In this document: piece after piece, positions 15,001 through 30,000 of the stretch | How positions within the stretch are numbered: position 1 is the first letter of the stretch | Layout of the letters: each line of letters opens with the position of its first letter | Assembly (NCBI GenBank): GCA_965203295.1 | Contig: CBDBCZ010000015.1 | Span: 1,024,001-1,088,000 of the forward strand | DNA from: Nitrospirales bacterium | GTDB taxonomy: Bacteria; Nitrospirota; Nitrospiria; Nitrospirales; UBA8639 | Direction of reading: 5' to 3' | Length of the DNA: 64,000 nucleotides | Notes under the pieces: model-generated | The model's input: only the letters and a program-made list of their open reading frames with translations | Database searches by the model: none | Told to the model about the DNA's origin: nothing | Made by a program: the position numbers and the translations under genes

Positions 15001-18000
15001 TTGTTAGTTTTGTTGGTCTCAGGCAAAGACTTTCAGCCAAAGTAACTGGCTACCATTGATCTGACCCTTCCCAACTGTTTAGGAAAAGAACTTGTTTTTC
15101 AAAGGCTTGTTTAGTTTGAATGATGTTAGTCAGATACAATACATGCTTAGGAAGTATCTATGTTCAAGAAAGGAACTGGTTATTCAAAGGCTTGTTTAGT
15201 TTGCTTGATGTTCGTCTGCAGGTTAGGAAAGAAGTATTTTATAGAAAATCGTTAGTTTTGTTGGTCTCTAGCAAAGACTTTGAGCCAAAGTAACTAGCTA
15301 CCATCGATCTGACCCTTCCCAACTGTTTAGGAAAAGAATCTGTTATTCAAAGGCTTGTTTAGTTATAATGATGTTAGTCGGATACAATACATGCCTAGGA
15401 AGTATCGATGTTCAAGAAAGAACTTGTTATTCAAAGGCTTGTTTAGTTTGGTTGATGTTAGTCTGAAGATTAGGAAAGAAGTATTTTAATGAAAATTATT
15501 AGTTTTGTTGGTCTCTAGCAAAGACTTTAAGCCAAAGTTACTAGCTACCTTTAATCTGACCCTTATCAACTGTTTAGAAAAAGAGCTGGTTATTCAAAAT
15601 CTCGATTAGTTTGAATGATGTTAGTCTGAAGGATAAAAAAGAAGGATTTTATTGAAAATTGATAGTTTTGTTGGTCTCTAGCAAAGACTTTAAGCCAAAG
15701 TAACTAGCTACTATTGATCTGACCCTTCCCAACGGTTTAGGAAAAGAACCTGTTATTCAAAGGCTTGATTAGTTTTAATGATGTTAGTCGGATACAATAC
15801 ATGTTTAGGAAGTGTCGATGTTCAAGAAAGGAACTGGTTATTCAAAGGCTTGTTTAGTTTGGTTGATGTTAGTCTGAAGATTAAGAAAGAAGAATTTTAT
15901 TGAAAATTGTTAGTTTTGTTGGTCTCTAGCAAAGACTTTAAGCCAAAGTAACTAGCTACCATTGATCTGTCCCTTCCTAACTGTTTAGGAAAAGAACTAG
16001 TTATTCAAAGGCTTGTTTAGTTTGAATGATGTTAGTCTGAAGATTAGGAAAGAAGGATTTTATTGAAAATTGTTAGTTTTGTTGGTCTCTAGCAAAGACT
16101 TTAAGCCAAAGTTACTAGCTACCTTTAATCTGACCCTTCTCAACTGTTTAGAAAAAGAGCTGGTTATTCAAAATCTCGATTAGTTTGAATGATGTTAGTC
16201 TGAAGGATAAAAAAGAAGGATTTTATTGAAAATTGATAGTTTTGTTGGTCTCTAGCAAAGACTTTAAGCCAAAGTTACTAGCTACCTTTAATCTGACCCT
16301 TCTCAACTGTTTAGAAAAAGAGCTGGTTATTCAAAATCTCGATTAGTTTGAATGATGTTAGTCTGAAGGATAAAAAAGAAGGATTTTATTGAAAATTGAT
16401 AGTTTTGTTGGTCTCTAGCAAAGACTTTAAGCCAAAGTAACTAGCTACTATTGATCTGACCCTTCCCAACGGTTTAGGAAAAGAACCTGTTATTCAAAGG
16501 CTTGATTAGTTTTAATGATGTTAGTCGGATACAATACATGTTTAGGAAGTGTCGATGTTCAAGAAAGGAACTGGTTATTCAAAGGCTTGTTTAGTTTGGT
16601 TGATGTTAGTCTGAAGATTAAGAAAGAAGAATTTTATTGAAAATTGTTAGTTTTGTTGGTCTCTAGCAAAGACTTTAAGCCAAAGTAACTAGCTACCATT
16701 GATCTGACCCTTCCTAACTGTTTAGGAAAAGAACTAGTTATTCAAAGGCTTGTTTAGTTTGAATGATGTTAGTCTGAAGATTAGGAAAGAAGGATTTTAT
16801 TGAAAATTGTTAGTTTTGTTGGTCTCAGGCAAAGACTTTCAGCCAAAGTAACTGGCTACCAGGCTTGATTAGTTTTATTGATGTTAGTCGGATACAATAC
16901 ATGTTTAGGAAGTGTCGATGTTCAAGAAAGGAACTGGTTATTCAAAGGCTTGTTTAGTTTTGTTGATGTTAGTCTGAAGATTAGGAAAGAAGGATTTTAT
17001 AGAAAATCGTTAGTTTTGTTGGTCTCAGGCAAAAACTTTCACCAAAAGTAACTAGCTACCATTGAACTGACCCTTCCTAACTGTTTAGGAAAAGAACTGG
17101 TTATTCAAAGGCTTGTTTAGTTTGAATGATGTTAGTCTGTAGATTAGAAAAGAAGGATTTTATTGAAAATTGTTAGTTTTGTTTGTCTCTAGCAAAGACT
17201 TTAAGCCAAAGTAACTAGCTACCATTTATCTGACCCTTCCCAACTGTTTAGAAAAAGAACTGGTTATTCAAAGGCCTTTTTAGTTTTTTTTGATGTTAGC
17301 CTGAAGATTAGGAAAGAAGGATTTTATTGAAAAATTTTAGTTTCGTTGGTCTCTTGCAATGACTTTAGCTACCATTGATCTGATCTTTCCGAACTATTTA
17401 GAAAAAGGACTTGTTATTCAAAGGCTTGTTTAGTTTGAATGATGTTAGTCAGATACAATACATGCTTAGGAAGTATCGATGTTCAAGAAAGGAACTGGTT
17501 ATTTAAAGGCTTGTTTAATTTGGTTGATGTTAACCTGAAGATTAGGAAAGAAGGATTTTATTGAAAATTGTTAGTTTTTGTTGGTCTCAGGCTAAGACTT
17601 TCAGCCAAAGTAACTGGCTACCATTGATCTGACACTTCCCAACTATTTAGGAAAAGAACCTGTTATTCAAAGGCTTGTTTAGTTTGCTTGATGTTAGTCT
17701 GCAGATTAGGAAAGAAGTATTTTATAGAAAATCGTTAGTTTTGTTGGTCTCTAGCAAAGACTTTGAGCCAAAGTAACTAGCTACCATTGATCTGACCCTT
17801 CCCAACTGTTTAGAAAAAGAACTGGTTATTCAAAGGCTTGTTTAGTTTGAATGATGTTAGTCGGATACAATACATGTTTAGGAAGTATCGATGTTCAAGA
17901 CCGGAACTGGTTATTCAAAGGCTTGTTTAGTTTGGTTGATGTTTGTCTGAAGATTAGGAAAGAAGGATTTCATTGAAAATTGTTAGATTTGTTGGTCTCT

Positions 18001-21000
18001 GGCAAAGACTCTAAGCCAAAGTCACTAACTACCATTGATCTGACTCTTCCCAACTGTTTAGAAAAAGAAATGGTTATTCAAAGGCTTGTTTAGTTTGAAT
18101 GATGTTAGTCGGATACAATACATGCTTAGGAAGTATCGATGTTCAAGACCGGAACTGGTTATTCAAAGGATTGTTTAGTTTGGTTGATGTTAGTCTGAAG
18201 ATTAGGAAAGAAGGATTTCATTGAAAATTGTTAGATTTGTTTGTCTCTGGCAAAGACTTTAAGCCAAAGTCACTAGCTACCATTGATCTTACCCTTCCCA
18301 ACTGTTTTGAAAAAGAACTGGTTATTTAAAGGCTTATTTAGTTTGAATGATGTTAGTCATATACAATACATGCTTAGGAAGTATCGATGTTCAAGAAAGG
18401 AACTTGTTATTCAAAGGCTTGTTTAGTTTGGTTGATGTTAGTCTGAAGATTAGGAAAGAAGGATTTTATTCAAAATTGTTAGTTTTATTCATCTCAGGCA
18501 AAGACTTTCAGCCAAAGTAAATGGCTACCATTGATCTGACCCTTCCCAACTGTTTAGGAAAAGAACCTGTTATTCAAAGGCTTGTTTATTTTGAATGATC
18601 TTAGTCAGATACAATACATGCTTAGGAAGTATCGATGTTCAAGAAAGGAACTGGTTATTAAAAGGCTTGTTTAGTTTGCTTGATGTTAGTCTGCAGATTA
18701 GGAAAGAAGTATTTTATAGAAAATCGTTAGTTTTGTTGGTCTCTAGCAAAGACTTTGAGCCAAAGTAACTAGCTACCATCGATCTGACCCTTCCCAACTG
18801 TTTAGGAAAAGAATCTGTTATTCAAAGGCTTGTTTAGTTATAATGATGTTAGTCGGATACAGTACATGCCTAGGAAGTATCGATGTTCAAGAAAGAACTT
18901 GTTATTCAAAGGCTTGTTTAGTTTGGTTGATGTTAGTCTGAAGATTAGGAAAGAAGGATTTTAATGAAAATTGTTAGTTTTGTTTGTCTCTAGCAAAGAC
19001 TTTAAGCCAAAGTTACTAGCTACCTTTAATCTGACCCTTCCCAACTGTTTAGAAAAAGAGCTGGTTATTCAAAATCTCGATTAGTTTGAATGATGTTAGT
19101 CTGAAGCTTAAAAAAGAAGGATTTTATTGAAAATTGATAGTTTTGTTGGTCTCTAGCAAAGACTTTAAGCCAAAGTAACTAGCTACCATTGATCTGACCC
19201 TTCCCAACGGTTTAGGAAAAGAACCTGTTATTCAAAGGCTTGATTAGTTTTAATGATGTTAGTCGGATACAATACATGTTTAGGAAGTGTCGATGTTCAA
19301 GAAAGGAACTGGTTATTCAAAGGCTTGTTTAGTTTGGTTGATGTTAGTCTGAAGATTAAGAAAGAAGAATTTTATTGAAAATTTTTAGTTTTGTTGGTCT
19401 CTAGCAAAGACTTTAAGCCAAAGTAACTAGCTACCATTGATCTGACCCTTCCTAACTGTTTAGGAAAAGAACTAGTTATTCAAAGGCTTGTTTAGTTTGA
19501 ATGATGTTAGCCTGAAGATTAGGAAAGAAGGATTTTATTGAAAATTGTTAGTTTTGTTGGTCTCAGGCAAAGAATTTCAGCCAAAGTAACTGGCTACCAT
19601 TGATCTGACCCTTCCCAACTGTTTAGGAAAAGAACTGGTTATTCAAAGGCTTGATTAGTTTTATTGATGTTAGTCGGATACAATACATGTTTAGGAAGTG
19701 TCGATGTTCAAAAAATGAACTGGTTATTCAAAGGCTTGTTTAGTTTAGTTGATTTTAGTCTGAAGATTAGGAAAGGAGGATTTTATTGAAAATTGTTAGT
19801 TTTGTTGGTCTCAGGTAAAGACTTTAAGCCAATGTATCTAGCTACCATTGATCTGACCCCTCCCAACTGTCTTGGAAAGGAACTGGTTTATGATTCAATC
19901 ATTTGTTTAGTTTAAATGATGTTTGTCGGATACAATACATACATGCTTAGAAAGTAAGGGTTTTCACTAATAATTGGCACAATTTTAGCTTTATTGGTCT
20001 CAGGAAATTTTCAGTCAAAACAACTAGCTACCATTGATCTGACCCTTCCCAACTGTCTAGGAAAGAAATTTTTTTAAGATTTTATAGCTTGTTTAGTTTG
20101 AATGATGTTAGTCGGATACAATACATGCCTTGGAAGTATCGATGTTCAAGACCGGAACTGGTTATTCAAAGGCTTGTTTAGTTTGGTTGATGTTAGTCTG
20201 AAGATTAGGAAAGAAGGATTTCATTGAAAATTGTTAGATTTGTTTGTCTCTGGCAAAGACTTTAAGCCAAAGTCACTAGCTACCATTGATCTGACCCTTC
20301 CCAACATTTTAGAAAAAGAACTGGTTATTCAAAGGCTTGTTTAGTTTGAAATGTTAGTCAGATACAATACACGCTTAGGAAGTATCGATGTTCAAGAAAG
20401 GAACTTGTTATTCAAGGGCTTGTTTAGTTTCGTTAATGTTAGTCTGAAGATTAGGAAAGAAGGATTTTAATGAAAATTATTAGTTTTGTTGGTCTCTAGC
20501 AAAGACTTTAAGCGAAAGTTACTAGCAACCTTTAATCTGACCCTTCGCAACTTTTTAGAAAAAGAGCTGGTTATTCAAAAGCCTTTTTAATTTGAATGAT
20601 GTTAGTCTGAAGATTAGAAAAGAAGGATTTTATTGAAAATTGATAGTTTTGTTTGTCTCTAGCAAAGACTTTAAGCCAAAGTAACTAGCTACCATTTATC
20701 TGACCCTTACGAACTGTTTAGAAAAAGAACTGGTTATTCAAAGGCCCTTTTAGTTTTGTTGACGTTAGCCTGAAGATTAGGAAAGAAGGATTTTATTGAA
20801 AATTGTTTGTTTTGTTGGTCTCTAGCAAAGACTTTAAGCCAAAGTCACTAGCTACCATTGATCTTACCCTTCCCAACTGTTTAGAAAAAGAGCTGGTTAT
20901 TCAAAGGCTTGTTTTGTTTGAATGATATTAGTCAGATACAATACATGCTTAGGAAGTATCGATGTTCAAGAAAGGAACTGGTTATTTAAAGGCTTGTTTA

Positions 21001-24000
21001 GTTTGCTTGATGTTAGTCTGCAGATTAGAAAAGAAGTATTATATAGAAAATCGTTTGTTTTGTTTGTCTCTAGCAAAGACTTTGAGCCAAAGTAACTAGC
21101 TACCATTGATCTGACCCTTCCCAACTGTTTAGAAAAAGAACTGGTTATTCAAAGGCTTGTTTAGTTTAAATGATGTCTGTCGGATACAATACATGCCTAG
21201 GAAGTATTGATGTTCAAGACCGGAACTGGTTATTCAAAGGCTTGTTTAGTTTGGTTGATGTTAGTCTGAAGATTAGGAAAGAAGGATTTCATTGAAAATT
21301 GTTAGATTTGTTTGTCTCTGGCAAAGACTTTAAGCCAAAGTCACTAGCTACCATTGATCTGACCCTTCCCAACATTTTAGAAAAAGAACTGCTTATTCAA
21401 AGGCTTGTTTAGTTTGAAATGTTAGTCAGATACAATACACGCTTAGGAAGTATCGATGTTCAAGAAAGGAACTTGTTATTCAAGGGCTTGTTTAGTTTCG
21501 TTAATGTTAGTCTGAAGATTAGGAAAGAAGGATTTTAATGAAAATTATTAGTTTTGTTGGTCTCTAGCAAAGACTTTAAGCGAAAGTTACTAGCTACCTT
21601 TAATCTGACCCTTCCCAACTTTTTAGAAAAAGAGCTGGTTATTCAAAAGCTTGTTTAATTTGAATGATGTTAGTCTGAAGATTAGAAAAGAAGGATTTTA
21701 TTGAAAATTGATAGTTTTGTTTGTCTCTAGCAAAGACTTTAAGCCAAAGTAACTAGCTACCATTTATCTGACCCTTACGAACTGTTTAGAAAAAGAACTG
21801 GTTATTCAAAGGCCCTTTTAGTTTTGTTGACGTTAGCCTGAAGATTAGGAAAGAAGGATTTTATTGAAAATTGTTAGTTTTGTTGGTCTCTAGCAAAGAC
21901 TTTAAGCCAAAGTCACTAGCTACCATTGATCTTACCCTTCCCAACTGTTTAGAAAAAGAGCTGGTTATTCAAAGGCTTGTTTTGTTTGAATGATATTAGT
22001 CAGATACAATACATGCTTAGGAAGTATCGATGTTCAAGAAAGGAACTGGTTATTTAAAGGCTTGTTTAGTTTGCTTGATGTTAGTCTGCAGATTAGAAAA
22101 GAAGTATTATATAGAAAATCGTTTGTTTTGTTTGTCTCTAGCAAAGACTTTGAGCCAAAGTAACTAGCTACCATTGATCTGACCCTTCCCAACTGTTTAG
22201 AAAAAGAACTGGTTATTCAAAGGCTTGTTTAGTTTAAATGATGTTGGTCGGATACAATACATGCCTAGGAAGTATTGATGTTCAAGAAAGGAACATGTTA
22301 TTCAAAGGCTTGTTTAGTTAGGTTAATGTTTGTCTGAAGATTACGAAAGAAGGATTTATTTTATAATTGTTAGATTTGTCGGTCTCTAGCAAAGACTTTA
22401 AGCCAAAGTAACTAGCTACCATTTATCTGACCCTTCCCAACAGTTTAGGAAAAGAACTGGTTATGCAAAGGCTTGTTTAGTTTGAATGATGTTAGTCAGA
22501 TACAATACATGCTTAGGAAGTATCGATGTTCAAGAAAGGAACTGGTTATTCAAAGGCCGGTTTAGTTTGGTTGATGTTAGTCTGAAGATTAGGAAGGAAG
22601 GATTTTATTGAAAATTGATAGTTTTGTTGGTCTCTAGCAAAGACTTTAAGCCAAAGTAACTGGCTACCATTGATCTGACCCTTCCTAACAGTATAGGAAA
22701 AGAACCTGTTATTCAAAGGCTTGTTTAGTTTGAATGATGTTAGTCAAATACAATACATGCTTAGGAAGTATCGATTTTCAAGAAAGGAACTGGTTATTCA
22801 AAGGCTTGTTTAGTTTGGTTGATGTTAGTCTGCAGATTAGGAAAGAAGGATTTTATTGAAAATTGTTAATTTTGTTGGTCTCTAGCAGAGAATTTGAGCC
22901 AAAGCAACTAGCTACCATTGATTAGGAAAGAAGGATTTTATTGAAAATTGTAAGTTTTGTTGGTCTCTAGCAAAGACTTTAAGGCAAAGTAAATAGCTAC
23001 CATTTATCAGACCCTTCCGGACTGTTTAGAAAAAGAACTGGTTATTCAAAGGCCTGTTTAGTTTTGTTGATTTTAGCCTTAAGATTAGGAAAGAATGATT
23101 TTCTTGAAAATTGTTAGTTTTGTTGGTCTCTAGCAAAGACTTTAAGCCAAAGTCACTAGCTACCATTTATCTGACACTTCCCAACTGTTTAGAAAAAGAG
23201 CTGGTTATTCAAAGGCTAGTTATGTTTGAATGATGTTAGTCAAATAGAATAATCCTTAGGAAGTATCGATGTTCAAGAAAGGAACTGGTTATTCAAAGGC
23301 TTGTTTAATTTGGTCGATGTTAGTCTGAAGATTAGGAAAGAAGGATTTTATTGAAAATTGTTATTTTGTTGGTCTCTAGCAATGACTTTAAGCCGAAGTA
23401 ACTAGCTACCATTGATCTGACCCTTCCCAACTGTTTAGAAAAAGAACTGGTTATTCAAAGGCTTGTTTAGTTTGAATGATGTTAGTCAGATACAATACAT
23501 GCCTAGGAAGTATCGATGTTCAAGAAAGGAAGTTGTTATTCATAGGCTTGTTTAGTTTTGTTGATGTTGTCTGAAGATTAGGAAAGAAGGATTTATTGAA
23601 AATTGTTAGTTTTGTTGGTCTCTGGCAAAGACTTTAAGCCAAAGTAACAAGCTACCCTTGATCTGACCCTTCCCAACTGTTTAGGAAAAGAACTGGTTAT
23701 GAAAAGGCTTGTTTAGTTTGAATGATGTTAGTCAGATACAATACATGCCTAGGAAGTATCCATGTTCAAGAAAGGAACTTGTTATTCAAAGGCTTGTTTA
23801 GTTTGGTCGATGTTAGTCTGAAGATTAGGAAAGAAGAATTTTACTCAAAAATTGTTATTTTTTTTGTCTCTGGCAAAGACTTTAAGCCAATGTAAGTAGC
23901 TACCATTGATCTGACCTTTCCCAACTGTTTAGGAAACGAACTGGTTATTCAAAGGCTTGTTTAGTTTGAATGATGTTAGTCAGATACAATACATGCTTAG

Positions 24001-27000
24001 GAAGTATCTATGTTCAAGAAAGGAACTTGTTATTCAAAGGCTTGTTTAGTTCGGTTGATGTTAGTCTGAAGATTAGGAAAGAAGGATTTTATTGAAAATT
24101 GTTAGTTTTGTTGGTCTCTAGCAAAGACTTTAAGCCAAAGTAACTAGCTACCATTGATCTGACCCTTCCCAACTGTTTAGGAAAAGAACTTGTTATTCAA
24201 AGGCTTGTTTAGTTTTTTTGATATTAGCCTGAAGAATAGGTAAGAAGGATTTTATTGAAAATTGTTAGTTTTGTTGGTCTCTAGCAAAGACTTTAAGCCA
24301 AAATAACTAGCTTCCATTGATCTGACCCTTCCCAACTGTTTAGGAAAAGAACTGGTTATTCAAAGGCTTGTTTAGTTTGAATGATGTTAGTCTGAAGATT
24401 AGGAAAGAAGGATTTTATTGAAAATTGTTAGTTTTGTTGATCTCTAGCAAAGACTTTAAGCCAAAGTAACTGGCTACCATTGATCTGATCCTTCCCAACT
24501 ATTTAGAAAAAGAGCTGGTTATTCAAAGGCTTGTTTAGTTTTCTTGATGTTAGTGTGCAGATTAGGAAAGAAGTATTTTATAGAAAATCGTTAGTTTTGT
24601 TGGTCTCTAGCAAAGACTTTTAGCCAAAGTAACAAGCTACCATTCATCTGACCCTTCCCAACTGTTTAGGAAAAGAACTGGTTATTCAAAGGCTTGATTA
24701 GTTTTAATGATGTTAGTCGGATACAATACATGTTTAGGAAGTGTCGATGTTCAAGAAAGGAACTGGTTATTCAAAGGCTTGTTTAGTTTGGTTGATGTTC
24801 GTCTGAAGATTAGAAAATAAGGATTGTATTGAAAATTGTTAGTTTTGTTTGTCTCAGGCAAAGACTTTCAGCCAAAGTAACTAACTACCATTGATCTGAC
24901 CCTTCCTAACTGTTTAGGAAAAGTTATGGTTATTCAAAGGCTTGTTTAGTTTGGTTGATGTTAGTCTGAAGATTAGGAAAGAAGGATTTTATTTAAAATT
25001 GTTAGTTTTTTTGTCTCTAGCAAAGATTTTAAGCCAAAGTAACTTGCTACCCTTTTTCTGACCCTTCCCAACTGTTTAGAAAAAGAGCTGGTTATTCAAA
25101 GGCCTGTTTAGTTTTGTTGATGTTAGCCTGAAGATTAGGAAAGAAGGATTTTATTGAAAATTGTTAGTTTTGTTGGTCTCAGGCAAAGACTTTCAGCCAA
25201 AGTAACTGGCTACCATTGATCTGACCCTTCCCAACTGTTTAGGAAAAGAACTTGTTTTTCAAAGGCTTGTTTAGTTTGAATGATGTTAGTCAGATACAAT
25301 ACATGCTTAGGAAGTATCTATGTTCAAGAAAGGAACTGGTTATTCAAAGGCTTGTTTAGTTTGCTTGATGTTCGTCTGCAGGTTAGGAAAGAAGTATTTT
25401 ATAGAAAATCGTTAGTTTTGTTGGTCTCTAGCAAAGACTTTCAGCCAAAGTAACTAGCTACCATTGATCTGACCCTTCCCAACTGTTAAGGAAAAGAACT
25501 GGTTATTCAAAGGCTTGATTAGTTTTAATGATGTTAGTCGGATACAATACATGTTTAGGAAGTGTCAATGTTCAAGAAAGGAACTGGTTATTCAAAGCTT
25601 GTTTAGTTTGGTTGATGTTAGTCTGAAGATTAGGAAAGAAGGATTTTATTGAAAATTGTTAGTTTTGTTTGTCTCTAGCAAAGACTTTAAGCCAAAGTAA
25701 CTTGCTACCATTTATCTGACCCTTCCTAACTGTTTAGAAAAAGAACTGGTTATTCAAAGGCCTGTTTAGTTTTGTTGATGTTAGTCTGAAGATTAGGAAA
25801 GAAGGATTTTATTTAAAATTTTTAGTTTTTTTGTCTCTAGCAAAGACTTTAAGCCAAAGTAACTTGCTACCATTTATCTGACCCTTCCCAACTGTTTAGA
25901 AAAAGAGCTGTTTATTCAAAGGCCTGTTTAGTTTTCTTGATGTTAGTGTGCAGATTAGGAAAGAAGTATTTTATAGAAAGTCGTTAGTTTTGTTGGTCTC
26001 TAGCAAAGACTTTTAGCCAAAGTAACAAGCTACCATTCATCTGACCCTTCCCAACTGTTTAGGAAAAGAACTGGTTATTCATAGGCTTGATTAGTTTTAA
26101 TGATGTTAGTCGGATACAATACATGCTTAGGAAGTATCGATGTTCAAGAAAGGAACTGGTTATTCAAAGGCTTGTTTAGTTTGGTTGATGTTAGTCTGAA
26201 GATTAGGATAGAAGGATTTCATTGAAAATTGGTAGTTTTGTTGGCCTCTAGCAAAGACTTTAAGCCAAAGTATCTAGCTACCATTGATCTGACCCTTCCC
26301 AACTGTTTAGGAAAAGAACTTGTTATTCAAAGGCTTGTTTAGTTTTAATGAAGTTAGTCTGTTGATTAGGAAAGAAGGATTTTATTGAAAATTGTTAGTT
26401 TTGTTGGTCTCTAGCAAAGACTTTAAGCCAAAGTAACTATCTACCATTTATCAGACCCTTCCGAACTGTTTAGAAAATGAACTGGTTATTCAAAGGCCTG
26501 TTTAGTTTTATTTATTTTAGCCTTAAGATTAGGAAAGAAGGATTTTATTGAAAATTGTTAGTTTTGTTGGTCTCTAGCAAAGACTTTAAGCCAAAGTCAC
26601 TAGCTACCATTTATCTGACCCTTCCCAACAGTTTAGAAAAAGAGCTAGTTATTCAAAGGCTAGTTTAGTTTGAATGATGTTAGTCAAATACAATAATCCT
26701 TAGGAAGTATCGATGTTCAAGAAAGGAACTGGTTATTCAAAGGCTTGTTTAGTTTGCTTGATGTTAGTCTGCAGATTAGAAAAGAAGTATTTTATAGAAA
26801 ATCGTTAGTTTTGTTGGTCTCTAGCAAAGACTTTGAGCCAAAGTAACTAGCTACCATTGATCTGACCCTTCCCAACTGTTTAGGAAAAGAACTGGTTATT
26901 CAAAGGCTTGTTTAGTTTAAATGATGTTAGTCGTATACAATACATGCTTAGGAAATATCGATGTTCAAGAAAGGAACTGGTTATTCAAAGGCTTGTTTAG

Positions 27001-30000
27001 TTTGGTTGATGTTAGTCTGCAGATTAGGAAAGAAGGATTTTATGGAAAATTGTTAGTTTGGTTAGTCTCTTGCAAAGACTTTAAGCCAAAGTAGCTGGCT
27101 ACCATTTATCTGACCCTTCCCAACTGTTTAGAAAAAGAACTGGTTATTCAAAGGCTTGTTTAGTTTGAATGATGTTAGTCTGAAGATTAGGAAAGAAGGA
27201 TTTTATTGAAAATTGTTAGTTTTGTTGGTCTCTTGCAAAGACTTTAAGCCAAAGTAACTAGCTACCACTTTTCTGACCCTTCCTAACTGTTTAGAAAAGA
27301 ACTGGTTATTGAAAGGCCTGTTTAGTTTTGGTGATGTTAGCCTAAAGATTAGGAAAGAAGGATTTTATTGATAATTGTTAGTTTTGTAGGTCTCTTGCAA
27401 AGACTTTCAGCCAAAGTAACTAGCTACCATTGATCTTACCCTTCCCAACTGTTTAGGAAAAAAACTGGTTATTCAAAGGCTTGTTTAGTTTGAATGATGT
27501 TAGTCTGAAGATTAGGAAAGAAGAATTTTATTCAAAATCGTTAGTTTTGTTAGTCTCTAGCAAAGACTTTAAGCCAAAGTAACTAGCTACCATTGATCTG
27601 ATTCTTCCCAACTGTTTAGGAAAAGAACTTGTTATTCAAAGGCTTGTTTAGTTTAAATGATGTTAGTCGGATACAATACATGCTTAGGAAGTATCGATGT
27701 TCAAGAAAGGAACTGGTTATTCAAAGGCTTGTTTAGTTTGGTTGATGTTAGTCTGAAGATTAGGAAAGAAGGATTTTATTTAAAATTGTTAGTTTTGTTG
27801 GCCTCTAGCAAAGACTTTAAGCCAAAGTAACTAGCTACCATTGATCTGACCCTTCCCAACTGTTTAGGAAAAGAACTAGTTATTCAAAGGCTTGTTTAGT
27901 TTTAATGAAGTTAGTCTGTTGATTAGGAAAGAAGGATTTTTTTGAAAATTGTTAGTTTTGTTGGTCTCTAGCAAAGACTTTAAGCCAAAGTTACTAGCTA
28001 CCATTGATCTGACCCTTCCGAACTATTTAGAAAATGAGCTGGCTATTCAAAGGCTTGTTTTGTTTTAATGATATTAGTCAGATACAATACATGCTTAGGA
28101 AGTATCAATGTTCAAGAAAGGAACTGATTATTCAAAGCTTGTTTAGTTTGGTTGATGTTAGTCTGAAGATTAGGAAAGAAGGATTTTATTTAAAATTGTT
28201 AGTTTTTTTGTCTCTAGCAAAGACTTTAAGCCAAAGTAACTTGCTACCATTTATCTGACCCTTCCTAACTGTTTAGAAAAAGAACTGGTTATTCAAAGGC
28301 CTGTTTAGTTTTGTTGATGTTAGTCTGAAGATTAAGAAAGAAGGATTTTATTTAAAATTGTTAGTTTTTTTGTCTCTAGCAAAGACTTTAAGCCAAAGTA
28401 ACTTGCTACCATTTATCTGACCCTTCCCAACTGTTTAGAAAAAGAGCTGGTTATTCAAAGGCCTGTTTAGTTTTTTTGATGTTAGCCTGAAGATTAGGAA
28501 AGAAGTATTTTATAGAAAATCTTTAGTTTTGTTAGTCTCTAGCAAAGACTTTGAGCCTAAGTAACTAACTACCATTGATCTGACCCTTCCCAACTGTTTA
28601 GGAAAAGAACTGTTTATTCAAAGGCTTGTTTAGTTTAAATGATGTTAGTCGGATACAATACATGCTTAGGAAGTATCGATGTTCAAGAAAGGAACTGGTT
28701 ATTCAAAGGCTTGTTTAGTTTGGTTGATGTTAGTCTGAAGATTAGGAAAGAAGGATTTCATTGAAAATTGTTAGTTTTGTTGGCCTCTAGCAAAGACTTT
28801 AAGCCAAAGTAACTAGCTACCATTGATCTGACCCTTCCCAACTGTTTAGGAAAAGAACTTGTTATTCAAAGGCTTGTTTAGTTTTAATGAAGTTAGTCTG
28901 TTGATTAGGAAAGAAGGATTTTATTGAAAATTGTTAGTTTTGTTGGTCTCTAGCAAAGACTTTAAGCCAAAGTAACTATCTACCATTTATCAAACCCTTC
29001 CGAACTGTTTAGAAAATGAACTGGTTATTCAAAGGCCTGTTTAGTTTTTTTTATTTTAGCCTTAAGATTAGGAAAGAAGGATTTTATTGAAAATTGTTAG
29101 TTTTGTTGGTCTCTAGCAAAGACTTTAAGCCAAAGTCACTAGCTACCATTTATCTGACCCTTCCCAACTGTTTAGAAAAAGAGCTAGTTATTCAAAGGCT
29201 AGTTTAGTTTGAATGATGTTAGTCAAATACAATAATCCTTAGGAAGTATCGATGTTCAAGAAAGGAACTGGTTATTCAAAGGCTTGTTTAGTTTGCTTGA
29301 TGTTAGTCTGCAGATTAGAAAAGAAGTATTTTATAGAAAATCGTTAGTTTTGTTGGTCTCTAGCAAAGACTTTGAGCCAAAGTAACTAGCTACCATTGAT
29401 CTGTCAATGTTCAAGAAAGGAACTGGTTATTCAAAGCTTGTTTAGTTTGGTTGATGTTAGTCTGAAGATTAGGAAAGAAGGATTTTATTGAAAATTGTTA
29501 GTTTTGTTTGTCTCAAGCAAAGACTTTAAGCCAAAGTAACTTGCTACCATTTATCTGACCCTTCCTAACTGTTTAGAAAAAGAACTGGTTATTCAAAGGC
29601 CTGTTTAGTTTTGTTGATGTTAGTCTGAAGATTAGGAAAGAAGGATTTTATTTAAAATTTTTAGTTTTTTTGTCTCTAGCAAAGACTTTATGCCAAAGTA
29701 ACTTGCTACCATTTATCTGACCCTTCCCAACTGTTTAGAAAAAGAGCTGTTTATTCAAAGGCCTGTTTAGTTTTCTTGATGTTAGTGTGCAGATTAGGAA
29801 AGAAGTATTTTATAGAAAGTCGTTAGTTTTGTTGGTCTCTAGCAAAGACTTTTAGCCAAAGTAACAAGCTACCATTCATCTGACCCTTCCCAACTGTTTA
29901 GGAAAAGAACTGGTTATTCATAGGCTTGATTAGTTTTAATGATGTTAGTCGGATACAATACATGTTTAGGAAGTGTCGATGTTCAAGAAAGGAACTGGTT

